Below are positions 35,440 through 46,837 of a stretch of 64,000 nucleotides of DNA, in pieces. Under the pieces are notes generated by a model. The model was not told the origin of the DNA. It saw only the letters and a list, made by a program, of their open reading frames with translations, and ran no database searches. How positions within the stretch are numbered: position 1 is the first letter of the stretch; each line of letters opens with the position of its first letter. Source of the DNA: Paraspadella gotoi (Eukaryota > Animalia > Chaetognatha). The stretch spans positions 1,391,690 to 1,455,689 of the forward strand of contig CM119263.1 in assembly GCA_051294375.1 (NCBI GenBank), read 5' to 3'. The position numbers were made by a program, and so were the translations under genes.

Positions 35440-35970
35440 GAAGTGAGGAAGTGAGAAAATGAGGAAGTGAGGAAGATAGGAATGGAGGAAGTGAGGAAGT
35501 GAAAAAGGGAGGAAGTGAGGAAGTGAGGAAGGGAGAAAATGAGGAAGTGAGTAAATGAGGAAGTGAGGAAATGAGGAAGAGAGGAAGTGAGAAAGTGAGA
35601 AAATGAGGAAGTGAGCGGAAATGAGGAAGTGAGAGTGAGTGAGAAAATGAGGAAGTGAGGAAATGAGGAAGATGAGGAAGTGAGAAATGAGGAAAGATGA
35701 GGAAATGAGGAAGAGAGGAAAGTGAGAAAGTGAGAAAATGAGGAAGTGAGGAAATGAGAAAGAGCGAAGGGAGGAAGTGAGAAAGTGAGAAAAATGAGGA
35801 AGTGAGGAAATGAGGAAGTGAGGAAATGAGGAGTGAGGAAATGAGGAAGAGAGGAAGTGAGAAAGTGAGAAAATGAGGAAGTGAGGAAATGAGAAAGAGC
35901 GGAAGGGAGGAAGTGAGAAAGTGAGAAAATGAGGAAGTGAGGAAATGAGGAAGAGAGGAAGTGAGAAAGT
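35440..35970. repeat. 9-bp-based minisatellite (GAGGAAGT/GAGGAAAT/GAGAAAGT)
   Basis: Direct reading; almost no C on the plus strand. Confidence 0.95.
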
Positions 35971-36489
35971 AAAGGAGGGGGGGAGATGAGAGGAAGAAGT
36001 AAAGGGCGGATGAGGAAGAGTGAAGAATCGTGAGAGTGAGTTGTATTACGTATTTGTTAAATGTTTATTTAATGAAAGTCAGGAGAATAATACTAATTTG
36101 AAAAGCAGTTGATATATATTTACTTTGGTTAATTAATGAAAAAATAATAAATTTGAAAGTTAAGAAAAAAATTAGGGAATGACAGAAAGGGAAGAACAGA
36201 ATGAAAATTTGGAAGAAGACATTACATTACATTACATTACATTACTTGTTTCAGACTGAGGTAGGGCGACGGTGAATACAGCTAGATCGAAGTGAGGGTG
36301 AATGTGAACAGACAGTGATAAGCGATGGAGAAGAGAAGTCAAGAGCGATTATTTAAAAAAGAAGGGAAATCTTTTGTTTTTGATAGGGTTATGATTTCCT
36401 GAAGGCGGCGCTAGCAGTCACTTAGATTTGAGGTTTTTCCTGTCTTCACAAATGAGTATAGCATGGAGTTAATAAGAAAAAGGGAGGTG

Positions 36490-36840
36490 AAAGATGGAAA
36501 ATATTAAGAAAAGTAAAAGATTGATATAGAAAAGAAGAAAAAAGAGGGAAAATATTAAGGAAAGAAAAAAGGTTAAATAGAAAAAGAGAAAAAAGAGGAA
36601 AATATTAAGGAACGGAAAAGGATTAAATCGAAAAAGGAAGGAAAAATATGGAAAATATTAAGGAAAGAAAAAGGATCAGAAAGAAAAATAGGGAAAAAAG
36701 AGGGAAAATATTATGGAACGGAAAAGCGTTAAATAGAAAAAAAACAGGGAAAAAAATATGGAAAATATTAAGGAAAGAAAAAGGATCAGAAAGAAAAATA
36801 AGGGAAAATATTAAGGAAAAGGGAATGAAGGAAAAAAAGA
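36490..36840. repeat. ~50-bp degenerate purine-rich tandem repeat (GAAAATATTAAGGAAAGAAAAAGGAT...)
   Basis: AAAATATTAAGGAA recurs about 7 times. Confidence 0.8.
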
Positions 36841-37009
36841 GTAAAGTGATGTTTTTTTCCATATGAAATGATGGGCGCCTGTGAGAGAGAGAGAGAGATC
36901 GCCACCCGACAACCGCATAACTGGATAAACTCTGTTATTGCCGGTTTTTTTTGCCCATTTCCCGAGATGGCCTTATCGTGTATCTCATCGTGGCTTCCTT
37001 CGTGGCTTT

Positions 37010-37101
37010 CATCATCGCTTTTATCATCGCTACTATCATCGCTTTTATCATCGCTACTATCATCGCTTTTATCATCGCTACTATCATCGCTTTTATCATC
37101 G
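37010..37101. repeat. Alternating 12-bp repeat ATCATCGCTTTT / ATCATCGCTACT (24-bp higher-order unit)
   Basis: Direct reading. Confidence 0.93.
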
Positions 37102-37202
37102 TTTGCGTCTTTTCATTCTGAAAGCGAACCTTCTTCTCTTAATTTATTTTACCTTCTTTGCTTGGATCTTTTTCATTCTTTCTGTTTTTTATCCACCTTT
37201 TC

Positions 37203-37278
<76 letters not shown>

Positions 37279-37650
37279 TCTCTCCCCCTTTCTTTTTCTC
37301 TCCCTCCTCTCCCTCTCTCTCTCTCCCTCTGTCTCCCTCTCGCCCTTAAGTTTAACTTCTTTCAACTTGAAAGATTCTTTGAATCTTTTGATCAAAATTC
37401 TGGCCTCGGATTTCCTTCCGGACGAAAGACTTGATTGCTTTTTAATTCTTCCCTTCGCTGATTCTTCCGCGCGATGGCGCAACCTTTGCCGACTCTCGAT
37501 TTAGTACCTTTGCCGACACTGGTTTCCATGTTTTCGACACTCGTTTCCATGTTTTCGACACTGTTTTCCATGTTGCCGACTTGTGTTTTAACTTTTTAGC
37601 TTTCTCTTTTAATCGTTTATTCAAGAATTTAGGAGACAATTCCTAGAGTA

Positions 37651-38263
37651 GGGGTAGCCGCACTCAATGGGGTGAGTCAAAAATTTAGAGTGAGTACATT
37701 CTCAAACGAATATTTAGACATTTTTAAGAATACTTTCAATGGACAAAAAATTTCTAATATGGCTCTATACCCTAGTAATTAATTTTTTAATATTTATTTA
37801 TAGATAGGAAAGGCCAAAAATTTTTTTGGGAATTTTTAAATTTTAAGACCAGATTCAGATAGCTCATAAAAAGTTGTCTACACAAAGTATGATTCTTTTT
37901 TAAATATTTTTACGATAAGTGTGTCAAAAATAAGAAAAACTATAAAAAATCATCATCATCATCATCTTTTGATGATTTTATCAGTTTTTTTATATTTTCA
38001 CTTAGAAAACGTAAGAATTTTTAAAAGCTGTAATTATATTTCTTGTTTAACTTTTTATGCTCTATCAGAATCCATCAAAAAATTTTAAGATTTTAAAAAA
38101 TTATTTTTTGCTCTATATAGTAATATAATATTTTTAATTAGGCGAGTACCCTCAGAAGAAAGCATTTTTGACAAAAAATATTTTAATACCATAATCTATG
38201 GTCATGATAGATTATTTTTACGCTGTATACATTAGCATTTAAATTTCATCGGCTATGGCTACC
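37651..38263. mobile_element. MITE with short TIRs and TA flanks (Tc1/mariner-like, family M), ~610 bp
   Basis: TA|GGGGTAGCC ... GGCTACC|TA; internal inverted blocks (GATTCAGATAGCTCATAAAAAGTT versus AACTTTTTATGCTCTATCAGAATC); second copy at 15422. Confidence 0.7.
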
Positions 38264-39116
38264 TAGAGCGGTATAAAGAGGATAACTCAGATATTGGGTC
38301 AAAGATAACTCAGATATTGGGTCAAAGATAACTCATTTTTAAGATTGAAATCGAGATATTTCCATCTGTCTACGAATTTAATGACATTTCTTTTAATTCG
38401 TAAAGAATCTTTTTTAATACAATACTTTTGTTTGCTAAATTTGTTGGAGATAACAATTTAATGTGGGTTTATTTCATACCCTACAATGTATATTTCTTCC
38501 TTACATAAAATTGCATGTATGGCAAGTAAATAAAAAGTGAAAAAAGCTAAGATAAAAAGAAAGCCAAAAAATAAAAAAAGAAGATAAACGGGACAAATTA
38601 AAAAATTATTGATGGAAATCTTACAATAGATTTGATGGGATGGCGAGTTGCTTGGGGATTTTAATAATCTTCTGTATCCACATTTAATTTTAATTACAAT
38701 CAATTTATCTTAACCGTTTGATGAATGATTATTAAATTTTTCCTGCTTTATAGAATGTTCGAATTTCTGCCCACGCAGTCACGACCCACAACTTTGGACC
38801 AATTAGAGTCCGTCTTATGCTGTAAAATGAAGCCAGTTATTGATTGGAGAGTTGATTTATATGTATAAGATGAATAAGATGAATAAACAATTTGACATTC
38901 AAACGTAATCGTTTCTGTTACGAGTTATTAAAAATAGAAATTGTCAAAAACGGCAGCTGTGGGCGTCCGGGAGTACGCAGAGAGAAATAAAGAAAAATGA
39001 AAAAAGAGGTGATTAATAGTGCAGAGAACACAGAGAGAGAGAGAGAGATTAAAAATAAGAAAATAAGAAGGGTTACGTAAAAGAGAAAAAGAAAAAAGAA
39101 AGACCAACTGTTCAAT

Positions 39117-39253
39117 CACCGACCGACGACCACTGACAATCGACCCGACCGACCGACCACTGACCGATCGACCGACGACCGACGACCCACCGACCGACGT
39201 CGACCGACCGACCGACCGACGACCGCACGCCCTTACCGACCGACCGACCGACC
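39117..39253. repeat. (CCGA)n degenerate microsatellite
   Basis: Direct reading. Confidence 0.9.
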
Positions 39254-40213
39254 AATATGCCTACCGCGGAGATGCAATGTTGCGTCATCTATCAACTGAG
39301 TTGAAATCTCAACTTTTTTCTCTTTTTATCAATTTTACGATTTGCGCATTTTTCGCTTTCAGCTGGAGTCAAGCGGTTTTTCAATAATAGTCGTCGTCGT
39401 CGTCGTCGTCGTCATTGTCGTCGTCGTTGTCGTCGTCGCTGCTTTCATATCTACGCGCACCAATTTTTGCCACTTTAGCTCGCTTCCATTTTAGTTACCA
39501 GAAGAGTCTGCCCGTTCGCCTCTTCGTTCGCCTCTTCGTTCGCCTCTTCGTTCGCCTTTTCCTGAGTTCACCCGTTTTCTAATTCGCTATTCGTCTGTTC
39601 GACAGTTCGCCAGTTACCCTTATTTGCCTGTAAGCCTGGATTAGCTTGATTGCTCATTTGTAATACTTTATAAATTAAAAAAAGCGATCACATGATATAA
39701 AGTATTTTAATTAATACTTGGCAGACTAGTAAAGTACCCGTGAATGATTGTTGTGCATTTGTTTTAAACTTGTGCAAACACGTGACCATACAGTCACGTG
39801 ATTACAAATTAAATGAGGCATATTTTGGGTAATATCTGGTTGTTTTAGTTGAAACTTTGATAATAAGTTATCAACCATTGGACGTTTGTATAAACCTCAC
39901 CAAAAGCAAAACCAGATTAGAGGATCGAAATGGGATCCCCGAACTATGATTGGTCGAGATGGAACTGGAATTGAACAATCAGCGTGAAAAGAAAGTCATT
40001 GCGACGCAACACATTGAATCAACCTTATCTCTCGTTCACCATTTTAACCACCTCCCCTCCCTCCACCAACTCTACCTCGTCTCGTCTCTTGATCCTTCCG
40101 CAGTTAATGCCGTCAAAATTGCCTTCCGGAACAAAAAGTTTCTTCCGGTCGTTTAAACTTGGTTTCTTTTTACAGTCCCCATTTTCCGGCGGCCATTTAC
40201 GGCCCTTTTCGCG

Positions 40214-40267
<54 letters not shown>

Positions 40268-40581
40268 GAGAGAGAGAGAGAGAGAGAGAGATAAATTCTC
40301 TGAGATTTAGATAAAATTAAAAAAAATACTTTTGTAACATTTCTTCATTCCATTGTCTTCACTCACTCAACCTCCAGTCTTTACCCGCAATTCACCAAAT
40401 TCACAATCGCGTCCAGTATTCACTTCACGCCTCCACGTTTCACTTCTCTCCCTCCGATCATAATAAATTTCCTCAGTCCCCATTTTTCTTCATTCTTTAT
40501 CATTCACAAAACGTCCCTCTCACCCAACGCCTCACTGACATGGCGCCCCACGCCCCCCTCACATCCGGTCACGCGTCAACC

Positions 40582-40625
<44 letters not shown>

Positions 40626-40799
40626 GCACGTGACGTTTTTCTTTCCTTCCATTAATATTTTCCCTCCGATTTTCATTTGTTTTCTTTCTTCCATTAATCT
40701 CTTATCAATACATGTTTCCCCTTTCTTCACCAATGTCCTTCTTCATTTATTCCTCCTTTTTTAAGCTATTTTTACTTCCAACTATACAATATACATTAA

Positions 40800-41405
40800 G
40801 GCGTAGTGAAAGTTACGTACGAAAATTCTAAAGTTCAATTATGAACAACATACCCTAAGTGAACATTAATTTGTAAAAAAAAATAATTTTATGCTTTTTA
40901 ATTTTCGCAGTAGGCTATATTTATATATAGTACTATCCTTATAAAATCGAAAAATTTCAAAATAGGCTTTTCTTAATTTTGATTGCAGATTTGAATTCCT
41001 CGTCAAAAGTTGATAAAAGAAAATATAAATCATTTTTAAAAATTCTTTCATTAAGTGGGTTAAAAATTACAAAAACTATATTTAATATATAAAAAGTTAA
41101 TTTTCAGCTTAAAATATAGCTTTTTCTAATTTTTGACCCACTTAATGAAGGAATTTTTTAAAAAGAGTTATATTTCTTTTTATCAACTTTTTATGACGAA
41201 TCCAAATCTGCAAAAAAATCTTACAAAAAACTGTTTTGAAATTTTAACATTTATTGGATTAGTACTAGTATAAATATGGCCTACTGCGTAAATTGTAAAA
41301 TTTATTATAAATTTTTTTTATACATAAATGTTCATTAGTATAATGTTGTTCGTTCCTCACTTTTAGAATTTTAATTAAAGTTAAATTTAGAAATTTTACT
41401 ACGCC
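40800..41405. mobile_element. Fold-back non-autonomous DNA transposon, ~290-bp imperfect arms, TTAA flanks (Kolobok-like; MULE is the alternative)
   Basis: TTAA|GGCGTAGTGAAA ... TTTTACTACGCC|TTAA; internal mirror blocks GCAGTAGGC/GCCTACTGC, TGCAGATTTG/CAAATCTGCA, CATTAAGTGGGT/ACCCACTTAATG. Confidence 0.85.
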
Positions 41406-41764
41406 TTAATATACATTGTGAGAAAAAACCTCTGGTCAGTGATCAGTGGTCAGTGGTCACGCCGGGTCTACCCCGTGTGTCTTGCCAGATTGACAACTTT
41501 TCTGCACAGTTTTGGAGACGCTACTTTCAGAATCAGAAAATCGACTTTTCATTATATTATAGTGACGTAATATCGCTATTTATAGCTAATTTTCCGTTAG
41601 TAGAACCTTAACGTCGCAGAATATGCTTATTGCCTTTTCACAAAACTGTGACGTTTGTGGTGAAGTCTTCAGCACGAAATCAATCAGATTATCCTGTATC
41701 ATCGTAAGAAACTCTTGGCGGTGAGTTGCTGTTTTTCTTTCCCTAATAATCCCTCTTGTTCATA

Positions 41765-42195
41765 GTTGGGCCTAATTTTCTTAGAACGCCCCATTTCATC
41801 TTAAATTCAAAAAAAAATTTTTAGTTAAAAATTAAATTGATGTTTAAGAATTTGGTTAATCATATTTTGGTTAAAGGTTAGGTTTAGGGTGAGGGTTCAG
41901 AATTAAGTTAGGGTTAAGGGTAGGGTTAAGAATTAATTTATAAGTTTAAAAATTTAAAATTTAAAATTTGAAATTTGGGATAAGAAAAGTTTTTTTTGTT
42001 ATCAAAACAAATTTTTAATAAAGAAATTTCAGACTTTTATCAGTGATAATTTGTTTATTAAAAATTCGTTTTGAAAACAAAAAAAAAAAAATATTTCAAA
42101 AGGTTTAAAAGTATACTAAAAGTTATTATTAAGATTAAAATTAAATTATCAAATAAACGAACAGAAATGGGCCACTCTCGGAAAAAAGAGCCCAT
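41765..42195 (+). mobile_element. Family T copy
   Basis: GGGCCTAATTTTCTTAGAACGCCCCATTTC ... GGTTAGGTTTAGGG ... GAACAGAAATGGGCCACTCTCGGAAAA. Confidence 0.6.
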
Positions 42196-42755
42196 AATTT
42201 AATTACTATTCTTTTCCAGTCAAATAGTACCCTAACCATTTTTCCCCTTTTCCTTTTTTTCCCTTCATTTTTTTTTCTTCCTGAAAAAAAGATAAAAAAG
42301 AAAAGAAAATAATATAAGAAGAATATAAATTCACATTTTTTTTCTTTCCTCCACTAATCTCTCTTTTTTTTTCTCGAGTCTTTGACACTCAATTTCACGG
42401 AACAAATCGAGTCCCGAGTTCCCGCCGCAAATTCCGTTGGTGACATTCACGTGAAGGGATGAGCGATCGCGCAAGAGTGATTAAACCGCTTGGTGGGAAA
42501 GCGATCGCTGCTTGGTGGGAAAAGAATCGTTGCTTGGTCGGAAGTGATCGCTGCTTGGTCGGAAAGTCATCGCTGCTTGATGGGAGAGTAAAAAAAATAT
42601 ATTGTCGGGCATTGAAGAAGTTAACCCCACCTATATAAGCATGAGCGAAAATGGTCATGTCACCGAATTCGATTTCGATAGTTAAAAACATATAAATAAC
42701 ATTTCAAACATTTTAAACATTACGCTAGAAATGAATTCCTAATCTACTCTTATTT

Positions 42756-42961
42756 TGTAGATATTGCGTCATCCTTTTGTCCGTTTCTGTCCGGGCATGT
42801 CTTTCCCTTTATTTTGTAATGTTTTTGCGGCATGCCTCCTGCTCGGGCATGCCTTTTTTCTGCTATAAAAACTATGTTTTTTGAGAGAATACACATTCGA
42901 GTTTGAAGAAGATTCTACTCGTTTTCCTCTCAGACAGAAAATTATTCAGCTCTTCGAGACA
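42756..42961 (+). mobile_element. Possible solo LTR (~205 bp)
   Basis: TGT...ACA ends, TATAAAA at 42864, AATACA at 42888; no TSD or PBS found. Confidence 0.4.
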
Positions 42962-42971
42962 GGCTTCCTCA

Positions 42972-43106
42972 ATCCATTCATTTAAATAAATAAGCTATCT
43001 TGCCCCTGACTTTGGACAGGCTTTGGTGGTTTAAGGCCTCCATCACTCTTACATGATAATGACATAGCAGGTCCCTGCAAGCTTTCAATCAAGACTTTCT
43101 CACAGT
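42972..43106 (+). mobile_element. Family A fragment
   Basis: Aligns with 8466-8616. Confidence 0.8.
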
Positions 43107-44102
43107 TTTTCTGTTTTTTCTTTTTCACCGTGAATGTCTCTTGCGTTGGTCATGAAAATAAGCCGGCGGGACTAGGTTGAGGGAAGCGATTGGCGATTGA
43201 GCAACGCGGGTTGAAGGCGAAACGCGTTACGAGAATGGGACGAATAAATTGAAAAGCCATTGCGTTAAAGTGTCGATTGGGAGAAGCTAATTTCGATAGA
43301 TAGATAGAAGATAGATAACTTAAGTTAACGTCAATATCTTATTATATAAGTTATTATTCAAAGAGTTTAGACACAGTTAATAAATGTTAATAAAAGACAA
43401 TTTTTTCAAACAAGAAATACACTTTTTTTTGACGAGGTTGTAACGAGTTTAATCTAACTTTTTAACCTTAATTTGAACTCTCTGTCTAGTAATTTTTAGA
43501 TTTTGCAAAAGAATAAATCCAAACTACCATTTATTTTTATTATTGAAAAACGATATTTAATCATTAAACAGTGAAGCTATTCCGATGGAAATATCGGGGT
43601 CGGCATCAGCAATCTGGAACCAAACAAGCATCAGCAACGAGGCCGTCATGTTTGTTATTGTCGACAAGAAAGAAACCAACTTCAACATCTATGTCATCGC
43701 TGCCTCCGCAATCAGCCAATACCGCCAGCCAATGCCATCAGCCAATGCCAGTAGCCAAGGCCATCAGCCAATAACATCAGCCGATGCCAGTAGCCAACGC
43801 CATTATCCAATGCCATCGGTCAACGCCTTTAGCCACCGCTCAGCCTTTTCTATATCACTTTGAGTAATGAGTATTAAATAAAAAAAATTCTGCAGAGGCT
43901 GCGGCGGCGGCGGCGGCGGCGGCGGCGGCTGCAGCAGCGGTTAGATACTTTTCTCAGCAGCTGCGTCAGCGACGGAGATGACATTCGAAACCAGAATCTG
44001 GAAGAAAAACAAGAAATTAAATTCAATGAAAAGAAAAAGAAAAAGAAGGCATTAATCAAAATACAAATAAAGGGAAAGAAGGAACTGGAATGGAGAAGAT
44101 GA

Positions 44103-44143
<41 letters not shown>

Positions 44144-44742
44144 GAGAGAGAAGATGGGGAAGCGAAGAGAGAGAGAGAGAGAGGGAAAACCTGGTTATAT
44201 TTAACCCAAATTTTTTATTTTATTTTGGTTCGGCAAATGTTACCAACTGTTTCAGTTTTTCAGTTTTCTAACGACAAAAAAAGTAAAAACAATTCGTGCT
44301 GCAGTTTGTTAACTTTGGATTATTCGAAACAAACAGTACGCGTCCAGCATCTGTCTCTCTGTTTGTCAACCCGCTTCTCAATCTCTATCCTTTTTCAGTA
44401 ACAGAATCAGATGTTAAAATTTTCAAGCCAAGAAAAAAAAAATTTACACTATTTTTCGAAAGCGTCCCGTTTCTGTTCCTAATCCCAGATATTAATTTTT
44501 ATTTAAATACAGAGGTAAAAAAATGAAAAAAATTATTATTTATATATAAATAATAATTTTTTTAAAATATAAAAATATGAATATGTTTAGGCTTTAATAG
44601 CATAAAAATACAATCAGCATGAAATAATATATAAAAAAAGTAAAAAAAAAAGAAAAAACATATAGCAAAAAAAAAATAATATAACAAAAAATATTTTGTG
44701 GTGATTCCCCTGTCCCCACTCAACGGGTCAGGCGGAGGCCTC

Positions 44743-45117
44743 TCAGCAGGCAATGGACATCTGATGCCTCTCCCAAGCCTGTAGCAACTCGGTACAACTT
44801 TCCTCGCAACGAGAGTTGCCCAAAACGACGGCTGCAGGAGGAGGGGGAGGAGTCTGTATCTCCTGTACCAAAACAGCCCAGAACAGGCAATCGCCTGCCT
44901 CACCGTCAGGTGAGAGGAGGGCTTTTGGCAGGCTTATCAGGTCAGAGAGATATTCAAGTGGCACTGGGCATATTTCCAGCTGGATCGCTACCAGATCCTT
45001 GCCTAACTTCACCACAATACTCTCCCAATCTATGACGGGCCAATGAACTAAACTCTTCAGTAATGCCCTACGTTTGCCCGGCTGGGGGGGGACCAGCTCA
45101 TTTGAGCTTACCTTCAT
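44743..45117 (-). CDS. Orphan 124-aa ORF in a GC-balanced island (possible TE or viral fragment)
   Basis: Non-repetitive, ATG-initiated, protein-like composition, sharp AT-rich borders; no recognisable family apart from a weak GDCLFWAV motif. Confidence 0.3.
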   Translation of the reverse strand: MKVSSNELVPPQPGKRRALLKSLVHWPVIDWESIVVKLGKDLVAIQLEICPVPLEYLSDLISLPKALLSPDGEAGDCLFWAVLVQEIQTPPPPPAAVVLGNSRCEESCTELLQAWERHQMSIAC

Positions 45118-45427
45118 CTTATCTATCCCTCAAAAAATTATTTCTTTTTCATTTACATTTTTCAAATTTTATTTTACTTAATACTACAAAATTGCACAAA
45201 TATTAACTAATTCACTTATTTATTTATTAATTCTCTGTTATGTTTAGTCTTTTTAACACCATTTATTCTTTGTTGTACATTACCAAATGTATATTTTGTA
45301 CAGTGATTCTCTCTCTCTCTCTCTCACCTTTCACCAAATTTCACTTTTACTCTCTCTTTATCCCTGTCCTAATCTTCACCTATTCTCACATCTGACCACT
45401 GTCCCTTACTAAATTCTTTGTTGGAAA

Positions 45428-45466
<39 letters not shown>

Positions 45467-45500
45467 ACTCAATGTTTGTAAAAAATGTTGTGTCTTTTTC

Positions 45501-45548
45501 AAATGCTGATGAAGGCTTGAAGAACAAAGCCGAAACATGTTCAAATTT
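45501..45548 (+). ncRNA. Minimal type I hammerhead ribozyme motif (Penelope-like pLTR type)
   Basis: CTGATGA (45506-12), extra A, stem II GGCTT/AAGCC with 8-nt loop, GAAA (45532-35), palindromic stem III ACATGT, GUU cleavage triplet, weak stem I; AATAAA at 45555. Confidence 0.65.
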
Positions 45549-45789
45549 TATGCTAATAAAATTATTTTGTTGTTCCACGAAAATTTCGTTTCTTCTAAAA
45601 CAAAAAATATATATAAAAATAAAATCAATAATTTTTTTATAAAAAATAAATATAAATTAAATAAAATAATTTTTAATAAATATTAATAATAAATATTTTA
45701 AAATCCAAAACTTAAAATAGTGAAAAAATATTTTTTTTAATTTTCATAAATAAAATTTTTAACAAATAATTTAAGATATAAATATATAA

Positions 45790-46130
45790 TCAAATATTTA
45801 ACCCAATCTTTAACTTAATTATTAATTCTTTTATCTTTAACACTAACCCTTATAGTACTTGAATAACTTAAATCCTAATTATTAATTTAATACTTGAACA
45901 GATTATTAATTTAAATCCTAATTATTAACTTAATACTTGAATAAATCATTTACTTATATCCTAATTATTAATTTAATACTTAAATTATTAACCTAACTCT
46001 TAATTATTAACCCAAATACTTGAACAAATTATTGACTTAAATCCTAATTATTAATTTAATACTTAAGTTTAAAAATTAATAAAAACTCATTTAATTGTGA
46101 AATGGGTCGCTTTTGAAAAAATATGGCCGC
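45790..46130 (-). mobile_element. Family T copy (degenerate, AT-rich core)
   Basis: Minus strand begins GGCCATATTTTTCAAAAGCGACCCATTTCA, matching 2645-2672. Confidence 0.5.
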
Positions 46131-46140
46131 AAGTTCGCTC

Positions 46141-46326
46141 TTACCAATAGGGGCGAGCCACGGGTGGAGCGTAAGGCGGAGGGTACGGATCCGGTTGGGC
46201 GGTGAATGAGGCGGGCGTCGCCGTGTTGTAGGAGGTCGTGGAGGGCGGGAGAAGCTGAGACTGAACCCCCATTGGGTAAGGGTAACCGGGCTGTGATGAG
46301 TCGAAGCCGGTCGTGGGCGGTTGAAC
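46141..46326 (-). CDS. Candidate Pro/Tyr-rich coding exon (VQPPTTGFDSSQPGYPYPMGVQSQLLPPSTTSYNTATPASFTAQPDPYPPPYAPPVARPYW)
   Basis: Frame open 46461-46141 (absent from the ORF track), GC-rich island, pyrimidine tracts with AG before 46326 or 46402, ends at TG|GTAAGA (donor) or TGG TAA (stop). Confidence 0.45.
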   Translation of the reverse strand, partial: VQPPTTGFDSSQPGYPYPMGVQSQLLPPSTTSYNTATPASFTAQPDPYPPPYAPPVARPYW

Positions 46327-46837
46327 CTCCGGGTTGGTAGGGGTTGTGAGAGAAATTAAAAGTGAAAATGATAAATACGACTGTGAACGCGGCCCCGAAT
46401 CCCTGGGAGGAGGATGAAGAGGAGGTGAATGAGAAGGAGGGGGTAATAGACCCGCGTCTGTCTATCACCTTATATACTGATTGACATTAAAGAATATAGA
46501 ACGTTGTACTAATAAACATAACTGTGCAAAAAAATATTATTATCAATTTTCCAATTCACGCAGTTCATACAGTTTAATATTAATTTTCAAAATTAATATT
46601 TTGTGTTTTAAAAAGTATAGTTTTTTTAATTATTTGAAATTTTAACGTTCTATTAGGATAGTACTATGCATATTGCATGCATCTATATCGCAAAATTTAT
46701 ATTTATAAAGAATAAAATAACGGTACGTAAAATGGTGTTCATGAATGAGACGAAAAATAATTTTCACCCGCGACTTTGACTTGATACGCTCTAGCGATGA
46801 TTGAATTAAGCACCGCTCTTCCCTCACGCTCCTCCAC

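Noticed and set aside
39725-39745. Minus-strand CACGGG...CTAGT as a Helitron 3-prime end
   Set aside because: The matching hairpin arm and a 5-prime TC terminus could not be identified.
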